From Candidatus Limnocylindrales bacterium (lineage in GTDB: Bacteria; Chloroflexota; Limnocylindria; Limnocylindrales; CSP1-4), in contig DATBLH010000022.1 of NCBI GenBank assembly GCA_036555445.1, positions 11,226 through 75,225 on the forward strand: a stretch of DNA of 64,000 nt. The letters run 5' to 3'. A model generated the notes under the pieces. That model was not told the origin of the DNA. It saw nothing but the letters and a program-made list of their open reading frames with translations, and searched no databases. Below, piece after piece: positions 1 through 9,040 of this stretch (position 1 is its first letter; each line of letters starts with the position of its first letter). The position numbers and the translations under genes are program-made.

Positions 1-1
1 C

Positions 2-2133
<2,132 letters not shown>

Positions 2134-2137
2134 TTCG

Positions 2138-2689
2138 ATGACCGCCGCCCCAGCACCCACCACCCGTGACGCACCGACGCTCCACCTGGCGCGCTGGACG
2201 GTGGCATCCGGCAGCCAGGTCCAGAGCCGTGGCGCCGTCGTCATCGCCTCGGGCGACCACCAGTGGGAGGCGTCCGCCGAGGGCAACGGGGCGGTCGACG
2301 CCCTGTTCCGTGCCGTCGATCGTGCCCTCGCGGGCGTGCTGACCGGCGAGCCACGACTGATCGCCTACGACGTCCATGCGCTGGCGGAAGGACCGGACGC
2401 CGAGGGCCGGGTGACGGTGAAGATCGGACCGCCCGCGGCCGCGTCGGGTCGGCGGGGAACCGGCCGCTACACGGGCGAAATCTCGTCGACCAACATCATC
2501 GCGGCCTCGATCGAGGCGTACATCGAGGCCATCAACGCGATGCTCGCCGAGGAGCATTGGCAGGGCGCCGCCGATGCCGCTGGCAACCGCAAGCGTGCGC
2601 GGGTGACCGCCCCGGACGCGAAGGCGCGCCGCGCCGAGCTGAACGAGGAAGCGGGCGAGATCGACACCACCGAGTGGTTCAACCGCTAG
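2138..2689 (+). CDS. stand-alone LeuA allosteric (dimerisation/regulatory) domain protein
   Basis: AEGNGAVDALFRAVDRAL...ISSTNIIAASIEAYIEAINAML parallels the C-terminal regulatory domain of the upstream cimA product. A GGAGG lies 8 nt upstream of the ATG. High GC3. Confidence 0.6.
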   Translation: MTAAPAPTTRDAPTLHLARWTVASGSQVQSRGAVVIASGDHQWEASAEGNGAVDALFRAVDRALAGVLTGEPRLIAYDVHALAEGPDAEGRVTVKIGPPAAASGRRGTGRYTGEISSTNIIAASIEAYIEAINAMLAEEHWQGAADAAGNRKRARVTAPDAKARRAELNEEAGEIDTTEWFNR

Positions 2690-2781
2690 TCGAATCCTCC
2701 GGCGGACGGCGACCTCGGGCAATTGGCGTCGCGGAGCTCCGCGTTCGACCTCGGTGAGCGAGTGTTAGCCCCAAGTCGAGG

Positions 2782-3642
2782 TTGCTGGCTCAATTGACCA
2801 ACACCGCTGTTGCTTATGCGGGTGAACCAGGGGCGTTCGCGGAGGACGCCGTCCTGGCCGCCTTCGGAGACGTGGCCCGTGCCGGGCTGGGCGGCTTCCA
2901 CGAGGTGTTCGAGGCGGTGGAGGCGGGCAATGCCCCGGCTGGCGTCGTCCCGATCGAAAATCTCGTCGGAGGGACGGTTCGCGAGAACTACGACCTCCTC
3001 CTCGACCACGCGGTCGATGTCGTGGGCGAGGTCGTCGTGCCGGTCCGCCTCTGCCTCGCAGCCCTTCCCGGGTCGCAGCTCGATGCGATCGAGCGCGTGT
3101 ATTCGCACAGCCAGGCCCTGAGCCAGGCCGAGCGGTTCCTGCGAACGCGGCCCTGGACCGTGCTCACGACGTACAACACGGCCGGTGCCGGCAAGCTCAT
3201 CGCGGACCGGGACGAGGCCGGAGCGGCGGCCGTGCTGTCTCCCCGCGCGGCGGGCCTGTTCGGACTCCAGGTCCTCGTCGACGACGTCGCGGACGAGCCG
3301 GACAACCGGACGCGGTTCCTGGTCATCGGCACCGGCGAATCCGCAGATCGACCGCCGTGGCGGGAATCGGTTGGACCGGATCGACGCACGATCCTGGTGT
3401 TCGGCGTCCGCAACGAGCCGGGCACGCTCCTCGGGGCGCTGCGGGTGTTCGCCGCGCGCAATGTCAACCTGTCGAAGCTGGAATCACGACCATCGCGCCA
3501 GGGCGCGTGGGAATACGTGTTCTGGGTCGATCTCGATGCCGGTGCCGACGATCCGGCCTGCGCGGCCGCGATCGACGAGCTACGCGATCACGCGACGATG
3601 GTGCGCGTCCTCGGGTCGTATCGGAAGCCTGCGGGCGACTGA
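2782..3642 (+). CDS. pheA: prephenate dehydratase
   Basis: PDT domain (VAYAGEPGAFAEDAV...IENLVGGTVRENYDLL) plus ACT domain (ESRPSRQGAWEYVFWVDLD). The start is a TTG at 2782; an alternative TTG at 2794 is possible. Confidence 0.85.
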   Translation: MLAQLTNTAVAYAGEPGAFAEDAVLAAFGDVARAGLGGFHEVFEAVEAGNAPAGVVPIENLVGGTVRENYDLLLDHAVDVVGEVVVPVRLCLAALPGSQLDAIERVYSHSQALSQAERFLRTRPWTVLTTYNTAGAGKLIADRDEAGAAAVLSPRAAGLFGLQVLVDDVADEPDNRTRFLVIGTGESADRPPWRESVGPDRRTILVFGVRNEPGTLLGALRVFAARNVNLSKLESRPSRQGAWEYVFWVDLDAGADDPACAAAIDELRDHATMVRVLGSYRKPAGD

Positions 3643-3655
3643 CCCGCCGCGGGTC

Positions 3656-4111
3656 TCAGACCGCGACCGGCTCCCGGACGGGCCGGACCTCGCGGACGGG
3701 CCGGACCTCGCGGACCTGGTGAACGGCGGGTTCGCGGAGCCGGGCGCCGTTGGCCAGCACGCGGCCGGGCACCGGTTCGGACCGGCACGAGAGGTAGAAC
3801 GCCATCACGCGACGGATCCGGCGCTCGTCCAGGGTGGGATCCGCGCGCAGCGCGCGCTCGACCCGTGACAGGGTGTCGGACTCGCGGCGGAGCGGAGCGT
3901 CGAGACCGGCCATCGCGGCGACACCCGCCTCGGGCTGTCCGAGGGCCCGGGCAATCCGGGCGGCGGTGCTGAGCGAGGGCTGGCGACCGCGCAGCAGTCG
4001 CGACAGGGTCGAGTGACTGACCCCCGAGCGTTCCGCGACCTGGCGGAGACTCAGGCGATGCAGGCGGAGCTCGGCGCGGAGCCAGTGGCCAAACGGTTGA
4101 TCGGGCATCAT
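3656..4111 (-). CDS. XRE-family helix-turn-helix transcriptional regulator
   Basis: HTH segment LSLRQVAERSGVSHSTLSRLLRGRQPSLSTAARIARAL. A GGAGG lies 9 nt upstream of the ATGATG start. Confidence 0.8.
   Translation of the reverse strand: MMPDQPFGHWLRAELRLHRLSLRQVAERSGVSHSTLSRLLRGRQPSLSTAARIARALGQPEAGVAAMAGLDAPLRRESDTLSRVERALRADPTLDERRIRRVMAFYLSCRSEPVPGRVLANGARLREPAVHQVREVRPVREVRPVREPVAV
3676..3715. repeat. 18-bp perfect tandem repeat, about 2.2 copies (GGACGGGCCGGACCTCGC)
   Basis: Direct reading: 3676-3693 equals 3694-3711, followed by a partial third copy. It encodes the VREVRP repeats in the C-terminal tail of the XRE regulator. Confidence 0.9.
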
Positions 4112-4294
4112 TCCTCGTCGCCTCCCGGGGGCACGACCGTGAGCGAGCGATGGCAGGGAACCTACTCCCCGTACCTTGCGATACGCCTTGCGGAAACCTG
4201 TCGGATGTGCGACCGGCCTGGTATCCCGTTCAAGACGCGAAGCAGCCGCCGGCTGTCGCCGACGGCTGTCGCCTGCTGAGAGAAGGGTTGAGCC

Positions 4295-4375
4295 CTAGCC
4301 CCAGCGATGGCCCGCCATGGGTGCGAAGTCGGTGTCGGACCGCGAGATGCGATCGCCGTCGACCATGCTGCCCAT
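4295..4375 (-). CDS. possible micro-ORF (26 aa, MGSMVDGDRISRSDTDFAPMAGHRWG)
   Basis: It starts 2 nt after the stop of the preceding micro-ORF. The GC3 bias looks coding. No homology is recognised. Confidence 0.2.
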   Translation of the reverse strand: MGSMVDGDRISRSDTDFAPMAGHRWG

Positions 4376-4377
4376 CG

Positions 4378-4473
4378 TCAACCCCACCGGAATCCGGCGC
4401 CCAGCGTGAGCGCCATCGATGCCAGCAGCGTCAGGACCACGGTGAAGCGCGCCAGGTTCGCCTTCACTGCCAT
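4378..4473 (-). CDS. possible small hydrophobic peptide (31 aa, MAVKANLARFTVVLTLLASMALTLGAGFRWG)
   Basis: An AGGAGG lies immediately upstream (1 nt before the ATG at 4473, 7 nt before an in-frame GTG at 4467). One predicted TM helix. About 26 of 30 codons end in G or C. It sits directly downstream of the riboswitch-like element. Confidence 0.35.
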   Translation of the reverse strand: MAVKANLARFTVVLTLLASMALTLGAGFRWG

Positions 4474-4493
4474 ACCTCCTGAGAGGCCGCACC

Positions 4494-4589
4494 CGATGAC
4501 GGCGGCCGGGCGGTCTTCGTCCTTGCGGAGCCGAAGATCCCTGGCTTTGCGTCCCCGCCTCGCGACGGGTTTGCCCTGGACGACCATCG
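4494..4589 (-). ncRNA. candidate c-di-GMP-I (GEMM-I) riboswitch aptamer
   Basis: The minus strand reads CGAUGGUCGUCCAGGGCAAACCCGUCGCGAGGCGGGGACGCAAAGCCAGGGAUCUUCGGCUCCGCAAGGACGAAGACCGCCCGGCCGCCGUCAUCG. This contains the GGCAAAC-[hairpin with GNRA loop]-GGGACGCAAAGCC core, a second helix capped by GCAA, and a closing CGAUG/CAUCG pairing. Confidence 0.6.
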
Positions 4590-4664
4590 AGCGGAAGACG
4601 GTTTTGTCTTCACTCGCGACGCTAGGGCCGACGACCCACGCGGCCCATAGCCCACTGGTACTGG

Positions 4665-5276
4665 TCAGGCCGGGCGCTCGATGGATGTGTCAGCGCGCAC
4701 CGGGTCCGCCGCCATCGCGACGGGCTCCGCGGGTGCGCTCGGTGGCGGGGTCGCGGGAGCACGTCGCATCGCGGCCACGATCGCGAGCACGACACCGAGT
4801 CCGATCAGGACGTCGCCCACGGAGAACACGTTGGAGAACGGGATCCAGCGGGGGAGGGCGAAGATGTCGGTGAGGAACCACAGCGCGGGATCGGGGATCA
4901 CCGCGCTGTTGGAGTAGATCGTGGCCGGCGATCGGCCGAGCGAGGCGAGGGCCGCAGGCGAGGCCGGCATGAACCCGCCATTGGCGACGATCGCGGCCAG
5001 GTTCGACAAGGCACCCGCGACCACGATCGCGACACCTGGGATGGCCACGTTGCGAAGGACGGCGACGAGGACCATCGCGGTCGAGCCGACATAGATGGGC
5101 GGGCCCAGCGCATCCACCCGCTCGGCGACGAGATCCGAGAACAGGGCGACCTGGACGAGGAGGCCCGCGACCATCAGCCCGCCCCACCGAAAGCGCAGCT
5201 CGAGCAGCCCGGCGATCCGACCGCCGAGGACGAATCCCAGGACGAGCCCGATCAGGAGGGCATACAGCAGGAACAT
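4665..5276 (-). CDS. DUF5317-like integral membrane protein
   Basis: MFLLYALLIGLVLGFVLGGRIAGLLELRFRWGGLMVAGLLVQVALFS...FSVGDVLIGLGVVL. It is multi-TM and the layout matches the DUF5317 family as I recall it. That family is commonly adjacent to c-di-GMP enzymes. Confidence 0.65.
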   Translation of the reverse strand: MFLLYALLIGLVLGFVLGGRIAGLLELRFRWGGLMVAGLLVQVALFSDLVAERVDALGPPIYVGSTAMVLVAVLRNVAIPGVAIVVAGALSNLAAIVANGGFMPASPAALASLGRSPATIYSNSAVIPDPALWFLTDIFALPRWIPFSNVFSVGDVLIGLGVVLAIVAAMRRAPATPPPSAPAEPVAMAADPVRADTSIERPA

Positions 5277-5528
5277 CGCGCCGATGTTCGGTCACGGCGG
5301 GTCTTGTGCAGTTGGGTCCGTGGTACTGGGTCCATCGGTACTTCAGGGCCACCTCGCCGTGGAGGCCCGGCAGGGTACAACGGGACGGTCCTCCAGTCGT
5401 TCCCGGGAGCCTGCCGGTTGGCGCACTCGCGAACCGTCCCCGCAGTCCAGTCAGAGACCCAGAGGCCGCTGCCACCGGTCCCCCAGATCGTGTCCCTCCC
5501 GGTCGAGGAGACCCGTCCTGCGCGCCGG

Positions 5529-8150
5529 ATGCGGCTTCCTGCCGCCGTGCGCGTCTGGGCGTTCAGCGTTTCGCTCGCGGTCGCTGCCACGATCCTGTTC
5601 ATCGGCGAGGTCCGCTTCCTACCCCGGGTGCACACCCCATTCGAGATCCCGTGGCCGGTCATCGCCGCGATCTTCTGCCTCGCCGAGGTCAAGGTCGTGG
5701 AGGTCCACTTCCGTCGCGAGACCCATTCATTCTCGCTGTCCGAAGTGCCGGCGGTCATCGGGCTGTTCTTCCTCCCGCCGCTGGACTACCTGCTCGCGCT
5801 CCTCATTGGCTCCGGATTTGCGCTCGCGGTCCACTCCCGGCAATCCCCGCTGAAGCTCGCCTTCAACCTCTCCTACTACGCACTCGCGGGGGTCGTCTCG
5901 CTCGCGGTGTTCCACGCCCTCGGTGGCTTCGGCGGACCGCCAGGGCCCGGTGACTGGGCGGCAACCTTCGCCGCGACGCTCACCACGTGCGTCCTCGGCG
6001 CGGTCTCGATCGCCACGGTCATCTCCCTCTCCGGCGGCGCACCCCAGTACCGCAAGTTGCCGGAGATGCTCCAGTTCGGCGGGATGGGTGCGCTGGCCAA
6101 CACCAGCCTCGCGCTCCTCGGCGTCTCGATCCTGTGGAGCGATCCGCTCGCCATCTGGCTGCTTGCGGTGCCGATCCTGACCCTCTTCGTCGCGTACCGT
6201 GCCTACGTCTCGGAACGCGAGAAGGGTGAGCGGCTGGAGCTGCTGTACGAGTCGAGCCGGATTCTCCAGCGTTCGCCGGAGCTGGATTCTGCGCTGGTCG
6301 CCCTCCTCGAACACGCCCGCGAGATGTTCCGGGCCGAGCGAGCCGAGGTGATCCTGTACCCGCGCGACGGCGCGGGGGATGCGCTCCGGACGTCGTGCGG
6401 TGCCGACCTGCCGACGGTCGTGATGTCGCCGGTGGCGATCGATCCGCAGGAGCCGGTCCGGCGCCAGGTGACCGAGCACGGTCACGCGATCTTCCACGTG
6501 CCGCTGGGAGGCCGCGACGCCGACGGGATCCGCCAGGCGATGGTCAGCCCCCTGGTCGGGGAGTCCGGGGTGATCGGCACGATGACGATCGCCAACCGGC
6601 TCACCGAGGGGACGAGCTTCGGCGAGGACGACCTCCGGCTCCTCGAGACGCTCGCCAACCAGGCCGCGGTCGCGCTCGAGAACGGACAGCTGGAGCAGTC
6701 GCTCGCCGAGCTGTCGCGGCTCAAGGAGCAGCTCCGCCACCAGGCCTATCACGACTCGCTCACCAGTCTCGCGAACCGCGCCCTGTTCACGGAGCAGGTC
6801 GAGGCGCGGCTTTCCGCGCACGAGGCCGGGGTCACGCCGGTCGTCCTGTTCCTCGACCTGGACGACTTCAAGGTCGTCAACGACACCCTCGGCCACGGCA
6901 CCGGGGACCTGCTGCTGATCGCGGTCGCGGAGCGGATCGCCGGCGCCGTCCGCGCCGACGATCTTGCCGCGCGACTCGGTGGCGACGAGTTCGCGATCCT
7001 GATCTCCGACCGCAGCGGACTGGAGGAGGCGATCACCCTCGCGGGCCGTCTCCTGGACGCGCTCGCCGCACCATTCCTCATCCAGGGCCAGGAGATCCTG
7101 GTCGGGACGAGCATCGGCATCGCAGCGGCACGCCTCGCAGGCGAGCACTCGGACGAGCTCCTCCGCAACGCCGACGTCGCGATGTACACCGCGAAGGCGA
7201 GCGGCAAGCGGCGCTTCGCCGTGTTCGAGCCGACGATGCACGCGGCGCTCGTTGCCCGCCACGAGCTGTCCGCCGAGCTCTCGCGGAGCGTTGCCCGCCG
7301 CGAGCTCGAGGTGTACTACCAGCCGATCATCGACCTGGCCACCCTGCGGATCTCGGGCGTGGAGGCCCTGATCCGGTGGCGCCACCCGGTGCGCGGCCTG
7401 GTCGTTCCCGACGAGTTCATCCGCCTCGCCGAGGAGACGGGGGCGATCATCGCCGTCGGGCGCTGGGTGCTCCACGCCGCGTCCACCCAGGTCGTCGCGT
7501 GGCACAGGCGGTTCGGCTTTCCGCTGAGCCTGAGCGTCAACCTCTCGCCGCACGAGCTCCAGCAGGTGGGCTTCATCGCCGAGGTCGCCGCGATCCTCGA
7601 TGAGACGGGCCTCCAGCCCCGGGACCTGATCCTGGAAATGACGGAGACCGCGATGTTCCAGGACACGCAGACCTCGATCGCCAAGCTCGACAGCCTGCGT
7701 CGCCAGGGCGTCCGGATCGCCGTCGACGACTTCGGAACCGGGTACTCGTCGCTCGGCTATCTGCGCCGGTTCCCGGTCGACATCCTCAAGATCGCGCGGG
7801 ACTTCGTCGGTCAGCGGGACGCTGCCACACCCGACTCTTCGACCGCGGCGGCCGGGCGGACGGAGAGCACCGCGGACGAGGACTGGGCCTTCGCGCACGC
7901 GATCGTGGCTCTCGGCCAGAAGCTCGGCCTCACCATCGTGGCAGAAGGGATCGAGACATCCGGCCAGCTCCAGGCCCTGCGCGAGCTCGGCTGCGAGCTC
8001 GGGCAGGGCTTCCTGTTCCTGCCCCCGGTCGACGGCAACACGTTCGAGGAGTTCCTGACCACCGCCCTCGCGCCGTCAGCTGGCGGAGCCGAAGTCGCGG
8101 CTGCAAGCAGGCCTCCGCTGCCGGAGGGATCGGCGGTCCTCGGCGCCTAG
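5529..8150 (+). CDS. membrane-anchored GAF-GGDEF-EAL protein (diguanylate cyclase/phosphodiesterase)
   Basis: N-terminal TM block, then a GAF-like region, then a GGDEF domain (RADD I-site followed by RLGGDEFAI), then an EAL domain (VEALIRWRHP, DDFGTGYSSL, EGIET, QGFLF). The start is uncertain: the ORF is open from 5304, and ATG 5529 immediately precedes the first TM. Confidence 0.9.
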   Translation: MRLPAAVRVWAFSVSLAVAATILFIGEVRFLPRVHTPFEIPWPVIAAIFCLAEVKVVEVHFRRETHSFSLSEVPAVIGLFFLPPLDYLLALLIGSGFALAVHSRQSPLKLAFNLSYYALAGVVSLAVFHALGGFGGPPGPGDWAATFAATLTTCVLGAVSIATVISLSGGAPQYRKLPEMLQFGGMGALANTSLALLGVSILWSDPLAIWLLAVPILTLFVAYRAYVSEREKGERLELLYESSRILQRSPELDSALVALLEHAREMFRAERAEVILYPRDGAGDALRTSCGADLPTVVMSPVAIDPQEPVRRQVTEHGHAIFHVPLGGRDADGIRQAMVSPLVGESGVIGTMTIANRLTEGTSFGEDDLRLLETLANQAAVALENGQLEQSLAELSRLKEQLRHQAYHDSLTSLANRALFTEQVEARLSAHEAGVTPVVLFLDLDDFKVVNDTLGHGTGDLLLIAVAERIAGAVRADDLAARLGGDEFAILISDRSGLEEAITLAGRLLDALAAPFLIQGQEILVGTSIGIAAARLAGEHSDELLRNADVAMYTAKASGKRRFAVFEPTMHAALVARHELSAELSRSVARRELEVYYQPIIDLATLRISGVEALIRWRHPVRGLVVPDEFIRLAEETGAIIAVGRWVLHAASTQVVAWHRRFGFPLSLSVNLSPHELQQVGFIAEVAAILDETGLQPRDLILEMTETAMFQDTQTSIAKLDSLRRQGVRIAVDDFGTGYSSLGYLRRFPVDILKIARDFVGQRDAATPDSSTAAAGRTESTADEDWAFAHAIVALGQKLGLTIVAEGIETSGQLQALRELGCELGQGFLFLPPVDGNTFEEFLTTALAPSAGGAEVAAASRPPLPEGSAVLGA

Positions 8151-8151
8151 C

Positions 8152-8526
8152 TCAGATCGCGCTGGTGCAGGCCTTGCACTTCGACGCCTCCGGCGCGTTC
8201 GCCTCGCGACAGAACGGGCACGTCTTGACCTCAGCCGGTGGGGGCTCCTTGACGAACGTGCGCGAGATCCACCACACGACCAGCGCGATGATGATGAACG
8301 CGATCACCGCGTTGATGAACGCGCCATAGCGGATCGCCACCCCGTCGCCGAGGTCGATCGCGAGGGAGGAGAAGTCGGCCCTGCCCAGGAGCTTCCCGAC
8401 CGGCGGCATGATGATGTCGCCGACCAGCGAGTTGACCACGGTGCCCAGGGCGCCGCCGATGATCACGCCGATCGCCAGGGCCAGCGCGTTGGTCTTGAGC
8501 AGGAATGCACGGAATTCGTCCAACAT
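8152..8526 (-). CDS. mscL: large-conductance mechanosensitive channel with a C-terminal CxxC...CxxC tail
   Basis: MLDEFRAFLLKTNALALAIGVIIGGALGTVVNSLVGDIIMPPVG is a canonical MscL N-terminus and TM1. The C-terminus is KTCPFCREANAPEASKCKAC. Confidence 0.9.
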   Translation of the reverse strand: MLDEFRAFLLKTNALALAIGVIIGGALGTVVNSLVGDIIMPPVGKLLGRADFSSLAIDLGDGVAIRYGAFINAVIAFIIIALVVWWISRTFVKEPPPAEVKTCPFCREANAPEASKCKACTSAI

Positions 8527-8541
8527 CTGGGTGACCTCCGG

Positions 8542-8946
8542 TCAGTGACCGACCACCTTGGGCAGCGACCTTGCCTGGATGATCCAGCCCTCGATCTGGG
8601 CCTGGCTGGGGATCCGGCGGATCCAGTTGGGCCGGGCGGCATCGACCTCCTGGAACGTCTGCGCCAGGTTCGCCGCGTTGCGCTGCGCGAGCTCCGCCGT
8701 GGAGTCGACGCCGGCTGCCTCGAGCAGGTCGGCGAACTCGGAGCCGACGCCGTCGAGGCGATAGAGGTCGGCATGATTCACCCACCGCAGCAGCTGCCCG
8801 GCGTCGATCCCCGTGGCGTCGGCCAGGGCACGTCGACCGGGGCTCGGCCCAGCCCGCTCGAGCAGATCGGCGACAGTGGTCACGCCGGCATCCCGGAGCT
8901 TGCCTCCGAAGACCGGACCGACCCCCTCGAGATCCTCGATGTTCAT
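8542..8946 (-). CDS. DUF4332-like helix-hairpin-helix protein
   Basis: IEDLEGVGPVFGGKLRDAGVTTVADLL and LDGVGSEFADLLEAAGVDSTAELA form a repeated HhH-type motif, as in DUF4332. Confidence 0.65.
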   Translation of the reverse strand: MNIEDLEGVGPVFGGKLRDAGVTTVADLLERAGPSPGRRALADATGIDAGQLLRWVNHADLYRLDGVGSEFADLLEAAGVDSTAELAQRNAANLAQTFQEVDAARPNWIRRIPSQAQIEGWIIQARSLPKVVGH

Positions 8947-9040
8947 CGCACGCCCTCCTCAAGCTCCACCGGCGGTGGCGGCCCCGATGATAGGCTCGCC
9001 GTCGACCCGCTCGGGCCGTGGCGGCGACGATGAGGACCAG

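Noticed and set aside
2690-2781. A hairpin (ACCTCG-22 nt-CGAGGT) just upstream of pheA, considered as an attenuator, T-box or leader.
   Set aside because: At 92 nt it is too short for a T-box. There is no Phe-rich leader peptide and no terminator/antiterminator alternative. It is probably just local secondary structure around the start codon.
5277-5528. The structured 250-nt leader upstream of the GGDEF-EAL gene, considered as a second c-di-GMP riboswitch.
   Set aside because: It lacks the GGCAAAC...GACGCAAAGCC core and any c-di-GMP-II features I can recognise. Part of it may be coding if the gene starts upstream of 5529. It is mentioned only in the related finding.
8813-9040. A 76-codon N-terminal extension of the DUF853 ATPase ORF.
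   Set aside because: It overlaps the divergent DUF4332 gene on the other strand and is Arg/Pro/Ser-rich. The conserved YjgR-type N-terminus (MDEAFRSAIAAGYA...) begins at ATG 9041.
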